A stretch of DNA of 64,000 nucleotides from Xylographa opegraphella (GCA_022813865.1 JALDZX010000016.1:124001-188000); one strand, 5' to 3'. Counted from the first letter of the stretch, positions 39,431 through 52,799 are shown. The notes: generated by a model not told the origin, from the sequence alone. Made by a program: numbers and translations.

Positions 39431-40272
39431 GAAAAGGGGGGCCGTGTGTCCGAGCTGAGATATATAACGAATGGCCCTAATGTATGTTTTTTCCGGGCTT
39501 CGGAGCGCATCTCCTCCTCATCTCGTCCCGAGGCGGCATCCTCCTCTTCAGCGTTCTCGGTCAGCACTCTTGGCGCGTCGCCCGCCCGCGCTCTCGACCC
39601 TTCGTTGGCGCTCCATCCACAAACCAACTCCCACACCCCCACCGACCTCGTACCAAGACCGCCCGCCCAGGAAACAAGGAATCAGACAGCACATCATGAA
39701 GACACGTCCCCCAGGCCAGCGCACCACAACCCCACGTCTCCACGCGCAACAAGGCATCGAGCCCCCACCCACGTCTCTACCACATTCATCTTCATCTTCA
39801 TATAGAATGGTTTAGTCAGATACCCAGCCATAGGAACAAAGATCTTCTCCAACACCCAGCCAACAAACTCCGCAAGTGGAAACGTAAGACGCGGGATATG
39901 CTCATGCTCTCGCCGTGAAGCGAACACCCGTCCGAGCTGTAGATTCATAAGTACATACACGATATAGATAGATAGATATCGTTATTAGTAACCCCACCAC
40001 CACGGGCACAAAGCACATGCCCGCGTCTTTCAGCTCTCTCGAAACCGGGCCCTGCGACGCAGCCGCGTTGTCTACGGGTGAATTCCGGTCACCTATGTGG
40101 AAATGGTGGTATAGGAGGATGGTTAAGTAACCACTATCGCTATCGCTATCACTACAATTTCCTATCCTTCACACAGCCATATCACGACAACGCGCTATTC
40201 CGGCACCGCTTCCAGCCCGACGGCCCTCTCGCCCTCCCCCTCCCCCAACCAACGAGCGGAGCAAGCAACCGC

Positions 40273-43113
40273 CTATAAATAATCCGCCGCCGTCCTCCGA
40301 CCAGCCCTCCCCTCCCCATCACGATCCCCGTCCGTCACGCGCCCTTTCCCCTTACCACCGCTCCCGTTCCGGGCCTCAGCGCCCCTGGCTTCGTACCTTG
40401 GACTCCGTCTCCTCCCTTCATCCCGTCTCCGCCCCCCGTACCCGCCTCCTCTGCCTCGGAACCCATCTCCGCTGTTCCGGCCGCTAAAGTCCTCACTGCT
40501 GCTTGACGACGAATTGCGCCTCATCCTCCGTTTCGTATCTTGCCCTCTCGCTGACACAGACGAGCTGTTCCGCCTGCCGCCCCGCGGAGGTGTGATGGAG
40601 CGGCTTAGTCCTCGCCCGCTGCGGTACGGCAGGGGCGAGACGGAGCGGGTCTCACGCGCAGGTGGGCCGCGTCGTGGCGGTGGGGAACGGGAGAAGCTGT
40701 CTCTCCTGGCGGGTGCGCGTCGTGGTGGTGGAGAGCGGGAGACGCTGTCGCGCCGGGCGGCGTACCCGCGTCGAGGTGGGGGTGTAACAGAACGAGAGAG
40801 ACTGCGCCTTTGTGTACGATGAGGTGGGCCACCGCTTCGGCGGGGCGGGGTGCGGGAGGAGGAGAGCGAGCGCTGGCGCGTCATGGGAGGCCGTCCGTTG
40901 CGGTAAGGGCTGGGGCTTCGAGCTGACGCTTTGCGAGGCGGGGTGCGGGAAAGGGATCGGGCGCGCCGGACTTGTGGTGGGGTCGAGGAGGCCCGGCGAC
41001 GGCGTGGGGGAGGGGATGGAGAGCGAGATGGGGTGACGCTGCGAGCTCGGGTCACTTTTCGTGGAGGGGTTCTGGATAGAGAGCGGGCGTAGCTGCGGCC
41101 GCGACGTTCGCGTTTCGGGGAGGGCGAGCGGGAGTAGGAGCGCGAGGAGCCGGTGTAGGAGGAGTAACTGGAGACCGAATCGGAGTCGGAGTCTGATTCG
41201 GCATTCGCAGCTGGCAGCGCTGGCAAGGCAGGCTTAGGCATGTTTTTCAGGTGCTCGCGCATCTCCTCTGTCAAGGCGCCCATGCCGATACTAGTAAAGT
41301 AATTGATGGAGAAGCGCGTGTTGCGGGCATTATCCGTAGGGAAGATGCCCTCGAAGCTGGACCGGAGGACGTCATCTTTCAGGCGGGCTTGCAATTTGGC
41401 CATGCCGAGCGCTTCGGCAAGATCTTGGAAGAGAATCTTGATGAAGATACGGCTGCTGGAGGTTGTTTCTTCTTCGTTGAGATGCACAATGGATAGGACA
41501 TGCCAGCCGATGGCGTCAGAGCTTAGCATGTGCCCGAAAAATCTGGCGATATTGCGCAGTCTATTGGTTTCATATCGATGGATGGTATCGAAGTATTTTG
41601 TAAAAGATGCTTCGAAAAGCTCGGTCCATAGCCGGTTCAACTTGGAGAAGCGCTCGCCGATCAATCCATAGAATTTTGAGTATGTGCGTTCCTGTGAACA
41701 GCATTCGATGACCATCGAGGGTAGTTCAGGTTCTTGGCCAGGTGGAAGTGTGACTTTCATAAGTTTGTGACAGCACTCCTCAAAGTCGATACTTGACATG
41801 ATAGTCAGGTAGATGGTCCTTCGCAGGTTCACAAGATCTGTGTTGCTCTGGTCCTTGATTTCCAATTCTCGCTCTTCTTTAGCTTCTTCGTCATCCGAGC
41901 TATCACCACTGTCGTCCTCGTCGTCTTCATCACTACCATCCGCCTCGCCTAGAATTTCCGCTTTCAATTTCTTGTATGCTTCCTCATTCTCCTCCCATTC
42001 CGGGTCGAACTTGAATACATTCAGACTATCTTGGACTTCAATCTCGTCATCAAGTCCAGTGCGATGAGTGATTTGGTCCTCCTCCTCAACCAAGTCCAGT
42101 TCCTCTTTGATTGCTGGGTTGTCCTTGTACTTATCCTTTCGTACTTGGAACAGCACCTCAATCATGTATTGAACTCGCTTGTCGATATCTTGCTCATGAA
42201 GGATGCTTCGGAACTGATCGAAAACAACTAGGGCAATCGGCCCACTCATCTCTTCCAAGTGCTGCCCGATTTCTCTGGTCAATCCCACTGCAATCTCCAC
42301 ACTGTCGTCGGTAGGCTTATTTAGTAGAAGAAATAGTATTTGCGCTGCAACCATCTCATGGACGACTTGCTGGTTGCATAAGTGGGCTATGAATGTCGTC
42401 GAAGACAGGCAGACAGCCTTGTCATTTCGCTTGAAGGCTTTTTTGAACTGAACGATCAACCTGTGAAGCAACAACTCGCCGACCTGTGGAAGTTTTGTGT
42501 TGACAATCGCGACCATAGCAGCGTAGATGGGAGTGAAAGGCAAACTGGCGGCCTGAGCTTTCATGATGCTTCTGCAAAACAAGCCCCTTCCCCGGATCAA
42601 ATTCTCCCCGAACAGTTCTGGCACAATATACTTAATATTCGAAACATTCACTTTGTTGATTAGGCCGTTGATCGATTTCTTCAATGCCTCCCGGGCCATG
42701 CGTTGATATTCCTTGCTCGACTTATCCGTAATCTGTGCTTGCAAGGCTCGTAGTCTCGCGGGTGGAATATATGTTCCCCCCGAACGCACATTCAACAATT
42801 TTTCGTACTCGGCCTTTGCTGCAGCTTGCTTCTCCTCCTGTGTCGGAGGCTTCGGAGGAGCAGCCGCTTCTTCTTGCTGGCGACGGCGATCGGCAAGCTG
42901 GCGCTCCCGCTCCACCGCTCGCTGGGGGTCCACATCTTGTAAGGCTGGTCCTGCGCGTGCAGGACCACGAGGAGGCGATTTGCGTCGTAGAGGTGATGGT
43001 GAGCGAGAGGGAGGAGAGCGTTTGCGTTTGCTGGAGATGTACTCAGGATGGGCACCTTGTGGAGGAGGTGTTGGCAGACGGACGGCAGACTGGATCATGA
43101 TCGGGTCTTCCAT
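40273..43113 (-). CDS. CWC22: Pre-mRNA splicing factor Cwc22 (MIF4G + MA3 domains, RS-rich tail)
   Basis: [75 protein letters not shown]; intronless. Confidence 0.97.
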   Translation of the reverse strand: MEDPIMIQSAVRLPTPPPQGAHPEYISSKRKRSPPSRSPSPLRRKSPPRGPARAGPALQDVDPQRAVERERQLADRRRQQEEAAAPPKPPTQEEKQAAAKAEYEKLLNVRSGGTYIPPARLRALQAQITDKSSKEYQRMAREALKKSINGLINKVNVSNIKYIVPELFGENLIRGRGLFCRSIMKAQAASLPFTPIYAAMVAIVNTKLPQVGELLLHRLIVQFKKAFKRNDKAVCLSSTTFIAHLCNQQVVHEMVAAQILFLLLNKPTDDSVEIAVGLTREIGQHLEEMSGPIALVVFDQFRSILHEQDIDKRVQYMIEVLFQVRKDKYKDNPAIKEELDLVEEEDQITHRTGLDDEIEVQDSLNVFKFDPEWEENEEAYKKLKAEILGEADGSDEDDEDDSGDSSDDEEAKEERELEIKDQSNTDLVNLRRTIYLTIMSSIDFEECCHKLMKVTLPPGQEPELPSMVIECCSQERTYSKFYGLIGERFSKLNRLWTELFEASFTKYFDTIHRYETNRLRNIARFFGHMLSSDAIGWHVLSIVHLNEEETTSSSRIFIKILFQDLAEALGMAKLQARLKDDVLRSSFEGIFPTDNARNTRFSINYFTSIGMGALTEEMREHLKNMPKPALPALPAANAESDSDSDSVSSYSSYTGSSRSYSRSPSPKRERRGRSYARSLSRTPPRKVTRARSVTPSRSPSPPPRRRRASSTPPQVRRARSLSRTPPRKASARSPSPYRNGRPPMTRQRSLSSSRTPPRRSGGPPHRTQRRSLSRSVTPPPRRGYAARRDSVSRSPPPRRAPARRDSFSRSPPPRRGPPARETRSVSPLPYRSGRGLSRSITPPRGGRRNSSSVSARGQDTKRRMRRNSSSSSSEDFSGRNSGDGFRGRGGGYGGRRRDEGRRRSPRYEARGAEARNGSGGKGKGRVTDGDRDGEGRAGRRTAADYL

Positions 43114-43422
43114 CTTCAAGACGGTTACCGCTCGAAAGATGTATGGATTTCTGAAAGCGAAGTTTCACTTCATAGCTGGCTATCAACAGAGTTGCGATGT
43201 GATGTGGTCTTGATGCTTGTTCTGCCGTTACAATTTCGGAGTGACAAAAACCTAGCGTCTTGCGCTATCCTATCTGGTTAGTGGCTCTCCAGAATCCCTG
43301 CCAAGCCCAAGTTCAAGGGAACGGCGAATATGGCAATTGGGACAACTACACCAGGCACCTCAGTCACTCCTTACACCTACTGTCCTTTCACTCCTTCCTT
43401 CAGTTGAACTCACGTTTCAAGC

Positions 43423-43809
43423 ATGGTTAGTGTCGTTCACACCGTTTACTGCTCACGAAACTGAACCGCCATGATAATAGCTTGATCAATTGGTCGGCCT
43501 GGCCATGCTTATTGCGGCCACAACAGTCTTTCTCTACTACACTACATGGACACTGCTCATGGTTCGTTCTGTCCATATCATTTCCTGAGTGAATACAGCT
43601 AACTTGTTGCTTTGCGACAGCCGTTCGTCGACCAGGGCCATCCTCTGCATGATCTCTTTCCTCCTCGTGTGTGGGCTATCCGGATACCGGTCATCTTGAT
43701 ACTCCTTGGTTCCGCCGTTGTTGGAAGCTTTTTGAGCGTAGTCATGATCAGGAGCAACCGGAAAAAGGCGGCAAAGGCGAAGCTTGCGGCTGGAAAGAAG
43801 AAGACATGA
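43423..43809 (+). CDS. DPM2: Dolichol-phosphate mannose synthase regulatory subunit
   Basis: Exons 43423-43425 (ATG only), 43481-43561 and 43621-43809 give MLDQLVGLAMLIAATTVFLYYTTWTLLMPFVDQGHPLHDLFPPRVWAIRIPVIL..., with a C-terminal KKKT ER-retrieval-like end. Divergent from CWC22. Confidence 0.92.
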
Positions 43810-44087
43810 ATTCGCTATGAGCGGGAATTAACCGATGGTGGGAAGGCCACGCCCAATTTTCTTGGGATAGACTTGATAAAGCCGGAGAAAGCGTTTGAAT
43901 CCTTGAGGCGCATATTATACCCAGGGCTAAGAGAATCTGTACCATTTCCTATGCACATTCAATCCTGGCGTGGTGACAACCACCCAAAATATAGATGCGT
44001 ACCCTATCACTACCTGAGGATTCCCTGCTATTTTTCATATTGCTTCTAGACATTGGCATATTACCGCAATCAACCTGCCTAAAAATC

Positions 44088-46440
44088 TCATCCGCGACCC
44101 TTGAAAGCCTGCAGATCATTCATGTAAGCTGCGAAGTCCTTCTTCCTATTGATCAGCTTGATCTCCTTGTAATGGAGCTCGTGGCCTTCATCCCTTTTGG
44201 CTCGGTACTTCGCAATATGTTTCAGCTGAACTGTCACGTAGTGCATGTGCTGCTGAAGCTGGACTTTGGTTAAGCTTTTGCAAGAGATGGTTGGATTGTC
44301 CAGCATCTCATCCACTTCCCGCACAGTTTCCTTGTCAAAAGGCTCAGTGGATGATGATCTACCGTTCCGAGGCCTTCTACCGCTGCCGGCGCCCGTTGAA
44401 GGCAATGACTTGTGCTGTGACCCGCCATTTTGAAGAAGGATAGCTGCATTGTGTCCCCTGGTCGTCTCAGCCACGCGGCTTGGCACCTCATATGTCGATA
44501 GGTACTTCTTCGGGAGGCTTCCAAGACGTATGGTAATCAATCTGTTGTCAATGTGTAGTTGGAACGATTCTGCTACCGCTGATTCGGCCTCCGCGGCGGA
44601 CGTCATGACCAGGAATGCATGGCCAAGCGGACGTTCTTGAGTCGGGTCGCGTGGGATGATGACCGATTCCCTATCCAACTTGTCAGTCTACGTGTCTCCG
44701 GAACTAAGCGCTGCGTGTTCTGGATTGTTCTTACACCTGAAAGTCACAGAATGCATCGCGGAGTTGCTCCTGATCTGCTTCGAACGACAGATTGCCGGCA
44801 TACAGCACGCGTCCCGCAAGTGGTGCTGGTGCTGGACAATCAACACGCTGTGCTTGTCCGGCGTTCTCCTGCTTCACAATCTCTTCATCATTTGATCCTA
44901 CGTCTGGGACGTCCTGCAAGTTCATCACCTCTGTCGGAGCCGCTTGATCTATGTGCATCCAGCCTGACGGGTCTTTGTTCTGGCTTTCGGCTGAAGCAAC
45001 TGCTTCTATTACCTTTTGAGCTTTCCGGGCTTGAAGTGCTTTCCACACAGCACCTGCAACAGCTTGGTCTCGGTCAAAGACGGGAGGAGGGTTTGGTAGA
45101 GGCGACTGTACCAATTCTAGCGCTGATGGCGATTCTTTTAGGAGTTCCAGTCCGGGTGAAGGCAATAGAGCCTGGCTGTCGAGTTTTGTCAGTAAGGCTG
45201 CAAGTATATCTTTACTCTTGTTTTCTGCTGTCTCTACCTCGCTCATTTGACTTCTCTCAGTCTTGATTACCGGAGCGGGCAGAAATTCCTTCACCTGCTC
45301 GCTATCTACTGACCCCAGCTTTCCTGTCGTGACTCGACGTTGACTCTCAGCATTCAAGGCACTAGCAAGTTCTATTCTCTCCGCTTCACGTTCGCCTTCT
45401 GCTTCTTGGAAGTGAAGTTCATCCTCGGGCGACCATACACACTGCATGCCGCTGCGAATTGGGATGAGTCGCCCCCTCATGTGAGAATTGTTTGCGACAC
45501 CACCATCACTCTGATTCATTTCGTGGTCACAGCGTGAACGGACATCTGCATCTGTGCTGCCAATATTCAAGGCGGTATCGGGCACTGTCTGATCCTCACA
45601 ACCTGCGGCACCCATGTCCCTCATCCATTGTGTAACCGCATCTGACTTTTTACTGTCAGTCCATATGACAGAGTCCGCTGGTGGAAGCTGTGGTTTCTGC
45701 AGCCGAGGTTTCGATCGTTCGCTTCGTGCCGTTCTCTGTCCGTTAGAGTCACTCTTCCTTCTTTTCCAACGAGTAATTGGCTCTCTCAGCATGTGATTCT
45801 TTGTGGCAGACGCGCATTGCTGTGATATAGCTCGTTCTCTTACCCTTGTACTCAGTGTGCCTCTATGATCTCCTCTTGGATGACTCCCACAAGCCGATCG
45901 AACAGCTGGGTGGCTTGAAGCTCGGTCGTTCCTCAATGCGCCTTCATCACTTCCTCTTCGAGCACTGTCTCCTACTGGATGAATGACTGGCGGACTCTCA
46001 TCTCTCTCGACAGTGATGCCTCTCTCAGCTAGAGCAATCATGCCGGCCAGCTTTTCGATCTTCGCTTCAGCCATGCTTTCCTCGTTCTTCCACCGTTGAT
46101 AATCATAAGAGCCAGGGTTGTTCATGTCATCCGGTAATTCCGCTGCTACCTGGACCCAGTACTTTCTCCTGCACTCTCTGACGCGTTTGACCTCTGCCAG
46201 CTCCTCTTTGAGCGGGTGGTCGAATGCAAGAGGTATAGCGCGATCAGCTGGCACGTTTGAACAGCCAAACGGGTTCCCATGTGTACGTGCGGGTGGTGGT
46301 GGAGATGGTGCATCAGGAAGGATCTCGAGCCACGCTTTACGCTTGCGATATCCACCACCGCCGCCTCCACGGCGCGATGCATCAAGCTGTCGAGGTCCAG
46401 AAGGCATATATGTTCGTCGCGGTCCTTCTGGTGGTTTCAT
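44088..46440 (-). CDS. Hypothetical protein with a C-terminal RRM
   Basis: RNP2 LYAGNL...LRDAF, intron near 44670-44733, then ESVIIPRD..RPLGHAFLVM (RNP1-like)...IDNRLITI; long disordered N-terminus; first ATG at 46440. Confidence 0.75.
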
Positions 46441-46903
46441 GTTTCGTGATGTAGGATAGTGTTTGGGAGATAGAAAGATTGGAGAATATACGCGAGAAGT
46501 CAACGTGGATTGCCCCAGCACTTAGCAACACCAATTTCCAGAATTAGAGTTACACGTCGACACGTCGAAGGGATCGATGAAGTGAGACACGTATCAGGTC
46601 ATAGAGTTGTGGGAACTACAATCATTAAGTATTTTGAAGGTAGGGAATGCAACGCCAAGATAGTAGCTGAGTAGATACAAGGAAAACTTTACCATTATAA
46701 ACTTGCCTCAAAAAACAAAAATTTCCCAATCGGACACAAGCTCTAGACAACAAGACCGGGACACAACAGCCTCACCAATACTCCCTCGGAAAATGCCACC
46801 CGCAATTATTATTCTTCAACCCTCAACATGCCAATACTTTTAACTACAGCATTCCCATCATCTGTTGAGGCAATATGAGCATCCACCCCAACTGCTCATC
46901 AGA

Positions 46904-48398
46904 TTACTTGCCGTTATCCTTTCCCTTGCCCTTCCGGCCACTTGCCCTAGGCTGCGAGGCTTCGTACAGAGTATCCTCCTCAGACCCGTCCACAATCAGT
47001 GGGCCACTACTGCCTCTAACTCGTGGTGAAATTGGCACCATCTCGGAGAGAGAAGCCTCGCTCGTGGCCTGGCTCCGTTCTGCAGTCGAGTCATCCTTGG
47101 CCACCTCCGTCGAAACCAGTCTGCCGAAGAATTCAGTACCATTGAATCGATTGGCGGCTACCTTGGCTTCCTGAGCGTTGCTGAAGACAATTTTGGCGGT
47201 GCACTTCCGCTTGTCTTTCCGACTGATTCCAATGTCACAATGCGCGATGACTCCAACGGATGAGAAATAGGCTTTGACATCTTCCGCACTTGCTCTGTGA
47301 TTGATGTTCCTGACGAGTATGGCACAAGATTCGCCAACAGGGACAGCACCTTGGGTTGTATTCACGAGCGTTCCGTCAGGGTTTTCGTGGTAACCGTGAT
47401 ATGGTGTCATGGCAGCTGTTACGCCTGATATGCCATAAGTAACAGGGTACGTAATTACCGAAGCTGTCGGATAGTTCATATGGGAAGTGGTTGTTGCGAT
47501 AGCAGTCGTTGTATAAACCGCCGAGCTGGCCGGACTGAGTACATAAGGCGACCAAACCGGTCCATTCTGACTTGGTCTGTGATTTCTCGACATCTGATAT
47601 GCATATTGCTGTAGCCTTTGTTGTATACCCATGCTTTGTCCTGACACTGCCGCCAATGTTGCCGGGCCGGACGATTGCCCGTAAGCTGTTGCAGAGCTGC
47701 TGCTATCATACACGGGAGGCATGGGAGGGCTCATTGGCGCAACATACATGACATTGGAAGAGTTGTAAGAATGTAAGCGTGCAAGTGGGTTGCCAGAGTA
47801 TCTATCATTTTGATTCTGGTAATCAAGCATAGCTGTAACTGGCAGATTCATTGGAGATGCCAGGACGGGAATCCGAAGTAGGAAGGATTCCTTGATAGGC
47901 GATATAGATTCGAGACTTATGGGTTGATTGAAGCTGGTAATGCCCATGTCACTAAGAAGCTTGCCTTCACCATGCTCATAAATATAGAGCCACGCCGTCA
48001 GTTGTGATCCATGCCAGAAGTTACCTGCAAGCCATTCTATCATTCTGGTCAGTTCATCACGTCCAAATAAAAGAGTAGTACAACGAACTGAAGAGTTTTC
48101 TGCAGGCTTTCTCCTGTCGGAAACTGCATGATGCCGAAGGAAAATGATATTCCCCGGAAGGAGGGTGGATGTTGACCGCTCCGGGGTCCACTTGCATTTC
48201 CTCGGGCTGCACTCTGAGTAGTTTACGGTAAAGATCTTTTACTGGCTGCCAGGATTCGGTGGTAATCTTGATTGGGATCTGCAAAGAGTTATTAGACACC
48301 ATCGTGACAAGATGACAGAGTTCATTGGGACCAACCCCATATAGAACCAAAACGTATTCGACAGCACCGCCCTTCGCAGAGCGTTGTCTGTTCGACAT
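46904..48398 (-). CDS. RRM-domain RNA-binding protein (divergent N-terminal RRM, Ser/Tyr/Gln/Pro-rich linker, C-terminal RRM)
   Basis: Introns 48279-48335 and 48037-48088 give YVLVLYG|IP..SWQPVKDL...LF|KWLAGNFWHG; C-terminal ILVRNI..SAEDVKAYF..VG...AKIVF..AQEA..AANRFNGTEFFGRLV; PLIVDGS tail. Confidence 0.8.
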
Positions 48399-48845
48399 AG
48401 TGACAATTCCGGCTCAATAAGCTGCTGGGTTTTCCTTCACTGGGTTTGTTACCTGTGGGATAGTCGGACGGGTCACTGGGTTTGTTCTGGAAGCCCGCTC
48501 GAATTTATTCAACTCCCCTTTTTGCTAATGAATATACCCCGAAGAACGGGACTGGGATATAATCGTTCTGTGCGGATGGAAATACAGATGCTCAGAATGA
48601 TCACGAATCTGCTTTTCATCAAAGAATAGTGAAGAATATTGTTCAATAAAAAGGATAGGAGTTGATTAAGAAGAGAAACAAAGAGCCTTTCGGAGAGCTT
48701 AGAGTTGAAGAACAATATCTGAGATCTTGTATCTTCAAGCTATAAGAAGACTTCTAGAAGTTGCTAGCTTGCAACAATATTGCAGGAAACAGCTGAGCCC
48801 ATATACTAACAGCCGAAGCTTTCCCAGCTATACGAATGATTGTAA

Positions 48846-48913
48846 TGAATGTGGGCTAGCAGTGAATGTGGGCAAACAGTGAACATGGAATGGCAGTGAA
48901 TGTGAGATGACAG
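48846..48913. repeat. Four tandem 17-bp units (TGAAtgTG.....CAG)
   Basis: TGAATGTGGGCTAGCAG / TGAATGTGGGCAAACAG / TGAACATGGAATGGCAG / TGAATGTGAGATGACAG. Confidence 0.85.
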
Positions 48914-50392
48914 AGAGATCGCTCTTGCGAACTTGATACGCATAGGGAACTGCAAGATCGTTGAATGGTGCATAGTGGCGTTATGGACGCCGAAGCATGT
49001 ACCCTACACGATCTGCGCATGATCCGAGCCCTATGCGTAAGTTCGGCTTGACATATTAACGTAGATAATCATCTCCCTCGGACGTGCATGTTAACAGTGA
49101 GCAAGAGGCTAGAAAAAGAAAAGGGGGGGGGGCCAAACAAGCGAACCGCATACAGCTAGATATCGGATGGCGGCCACGTGTAAGACAGATGTGATAGACA
49201 ATCCGCCCCTGCGACTACAACCAGTGAGAATATTTCAACGGCGGAGAATAGAACGACGTGCCCGACATGCTTTAGTGCAAGGCACCTCCGCATGGCAGGC
49301 GCGTTAGGAAGACCGGCCGTCTCTGGTTCTTGGCTACCTGCTACATGCATAGGTAGCCAGTACACGACACGCAGATTCCGGAAGGTACGGATGAAGTAAA
49401 GATACGGGCGAAGCATCTTTCGATTAGGAAAGCCACCCGATCCGCTTTGAGAGAGAGCAACGCAGCATAAATTGGCAAAGGGATATCATGAGAATTGTAA
49501 GAATATCCTAGTGGACTGAGAAATGTAATTTACCCCATAGATCCTGACAGCAAATGGGAGCACCGGGAAGGAACCGAAGCTTCATGGTCCTGGATCAGAC
49601 TCACGTGCATCCATAGCTGATCTGCAGCGATAGCTGGCAAAAAGTTTGTTCTAAGACATCAATGACCGATGAGAGGCGCATGTGAATATGATTTCATCGA
49701 CTTCGGATCGTGGTGATAACTTCTGAGACCAAAAAGATGTATAAGAAAAGAGAACTTGGTTTAGACGATGAAACCTGATTCATCCTCTCCTGCACTTCCG
49801 GCGAATCGAGTACGAGAACAAGGGAAGTGGTAGCATGCAGCAGGGGTAGTTGGAAAACCCATCTTCAAGCCTCGGCCTTACAGACCTGTTGTCGAGAAGC
49901 TCTGTGCCACCACGAATGCACCAGCTAGAGACGAACAGATGGGACTGTGCAACGCGAGTCTTGGGTTTTATGTCAACACAGCCGGGGGAACGCTCCCGAA
50001 ACGCGTTGCCGGAGATTCTGTGTATGTATTATTAAGGCTGCGTGTAAGACACGTATCCAAGCAGGGGAGTATGTGTGAGTGGACCTGGTACGCTGGATGT
50101 GAGATACCAACCGATGCGAGAGCTCATATGTGACATGGCACCTTCCATGTAAGCCTCACGCTCCTCACGCGGGGTACAATTGCCGCCTCAGCGAGCCGAG
50201 CATGAGATTGGTGCGATTCGTAACATTGAAGCTGCAGCTTGAGATCACTTGAAGTTCCATGGCCAGTGACCATGGTGTTCAAAATCGCAATGTCTATCAA
50301 ACAATGCTCCAGCCGGATGCATCAATCGACCGTGTGGTATGTCCACCCGGTATCTGCCATCATGTCGTAGGTATCGTAGCTGACCAGTACAT

Positions 50393-51184
50393 CTATAGAC
50401 TCCCCCTTTTAGGATACCCGACTCCGTTGACTGCCTTCGCGTCGGTAAACCAGCTTACTTTCTCCGCTCCCCCGTCGTTGACGAGTCCGCAGGGCAAACT
50501 TCGCCCTTCGTCGGTATCGAAAATCTGCCTCAGTATACCTGATTTTCCTTCGCCAGTTGCGACAAATGCGATCTTAATACCATGAGTTACCACAGGTAAG
50601 GACAGAGTGATTCGCTTTGCTGGAGGCTTGGGGCTGTCTTCGATGGCGGCGACCCAGGCGTCCGACTCTCGCAAAAGCTCATGGTTGGGGAACAGTGAGC
50701 AAGTGTGGCCATCCGGGCCACAGCCAAGTAGAAGCAGATCGAAGATAGGTAGCTTGACACTATCCTTGGCAGCGAACGAGCGCATCAATTCCTCCTGATA
50801 TTGATCGGCCATTTCCTGGACATCGTCGAGGTACTTCAGGTCAATAGGGTGCACTGTCGGTTTTCCCATGTCCTCGGGTATTTTGTCGAGCAGCTCATCT
50901 TTCAGAAGCCTGTAATTGCTGTCCTCATGATCCAAGGGCACGGCACGTTCATCGGCGAAGAAGATCTCCCATTTGGCAAAGTCCACTCTGTCGTCGCTGC
51001 TCCCATTTTCCGGATCCAGTAAAGCCTTGGCCAAGATGTTTGGTAACGAGCCACCCGACACTGCGACCTTGAAGGCATTGTGACGCTCCAGCCCAGCTTG
51101 CTGGCATTGTAGAATGTACGCTCGCAGAGTTTTCGCAAGATCGGCAACATCGTCGAAGGTGTAGAGGCTTGGTTGTTTGCCCAT
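50393..51184 (-). CDS. SOL1: 6-phosphogluconolactonase (Sol family)
   Basis: VAVSGGSLP, WEIFFADERAVPLDHEDSNY, FDLLLLGCGPDGHTCSLFP, DSPKPPAKRITLSLPV. Confidence 0.95.
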   Translation of the reverse strand: MGKQPSLYTFDDVADLAKTLRAYILQCQQAGLERHNAFKVAVSGGSLPNILAKALLDPENGSSDDRVDFAKWEIFFADERAVPLDHEDSNYRLLKDELLDKIPEDMGKPTVHPIDLKYLDDVQEMADQYQEELMRSFAAKDSVKLPIFDLLLLGCGPDGHTCSLFPNHELLRESDAWVAAIEDSPKPPAKRITLSLPVVTHGIKIAFVATGEGKSGILRQIFDTDEGRSLPCGLVNDGGAEKVSWFTDAKAVNGVGYPKRGSL

Positions 51185-52799
51185 GATGACTGTATTATGA
51201 TTCGATTCAGATCAAAGGTTTCGATGCTCAAAAATTGGAGTTTTGATCTTGAATAATGACAGTACGAGTACGGACTTACCTGCCCGCGATGACTAAGAAG
51301 AAAAATAAGCAACGATGACGATGATGCTGCGGAAAGATCGGGACCGGGCTTGACATGTGATTGTGCCCGAACTTCTGATCGATTAGAGCAGTGGAAAAGT
51401 GGCTTGTTTGAGACTCGCCCAGCAGTGTTCGGACACGGTAAGTGCGTCTATTTCTAAGCGACTCGTGTTTCAGTGGCTCGGATAGCCTAAGGTACAGTTA
51501 GGTCCAGTTGCAAAGCTTCCTCATCTCAACTACTGGAGAATCCACGCTTTCGGTGAAACGTGGGATCCCGAAAGCTGATTGTACCGGGATCTGTCACGTC
51601 TGTGATATAACCATACGGATGCCATCACGCATTCGGTTAAAGTGCCTAGTGTAAGTAGGACCTAGCTCACGTACGACATGCGGCTATCGTCCTACCAGAG
51701 CGCCTTAGCAGCAATCTGTCACCAGATGCCTTTAGCCGCTCGTGCATCAGCTGAAGACCTACATTACTTCAGTGACAACTGGCTCATATTATTGTCTGTT
51801 GTTGATGGCACTTGTCCCCTTACTTTATTTGCTAGGGGCCAAGGCTAACCTCTTGGTCAGTCCAACAGCTAACACGCAGCAGGCCTCAAGAATATATTGG
51901 GTAAGGTGGCTTCCAATATGTGGATGATCAATGCTCGCTTTTAGATTAGATGGTTGTAAGGACTGCATGAGACCAAAGGTACTAACGTTCGAGAGGGTTA
52001 GGTACTTTCTGGTCCCCTCCCCGCATCTACCTCGCCGTATTCGAGCGAGCGATGCACCTTATCCTCCACCAATCGGATGAACAGATTGGGAATGTAGGCA
52101 CCGTAGGCAGGCCGATAAATTGCTTGATACTAGCTAATATTCTCGCTCTCATTGACCGGGAACGGTGCGAGCTTTGCTGCTTCTGTCCTTGTGGAGACGT
52201 CGCCGTGATACCGCCCCACAGAGTATCCGTTCGGAGCAAAGACACTGTCCGAGATGCGGTGGCTTTTAGCCGTTCATTAGGCTGCAATGGACGTTGAGTT
52301 CGTCTGACCAATGATGACGCCGCGATTAGAAATAAGCTACGGACTTGTCTCGCGGCAGGCTTGACTGAAGATTATACGCTAAGTGGAATCCAGCTAAGGT
52401 TCACACTAAGTCTCAAGCTGCCATGCGCCTTCCCAGTTGTGGCCATAGCCGTCTTCGTAGGGGCGCGGTCGAGATCGAGGATCACGATGGCAATCGGAAA
52501 TCTTGGCACCACAATGCCATGTTGGCTCGCAACGGCCTGCAAGAGATGGAACATGCCGATCCATTCATGCTCCTTTGCTCAGGCGCCCACCTGCAGACCA
52601 TATCATGATGATGCATGCGCCCTTCCGCAGGAGGACGACGAATAGATATATCCGTGATCCTGTCGGTCATCTTTGCCATCCTTACTCCTCTCGCCTCGCA
52701 GTCCGTACGTCTCTCCACCAATTTAATCACCAGTCCCTCAATTGCCACACCTCTTCGTGACCTGAAGGTTTAAACATCACCGCTCCTACAATCGCTGCC

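Noticed and set aside
48600..48800. AT-rich stretch as a RIP-degraded transposon
   Set aside because: Short, purine-skewed and positioned as the pyrimidine-rich leader of the minus-strand RRM gene; no transposase remnants or terminal repeats seen.
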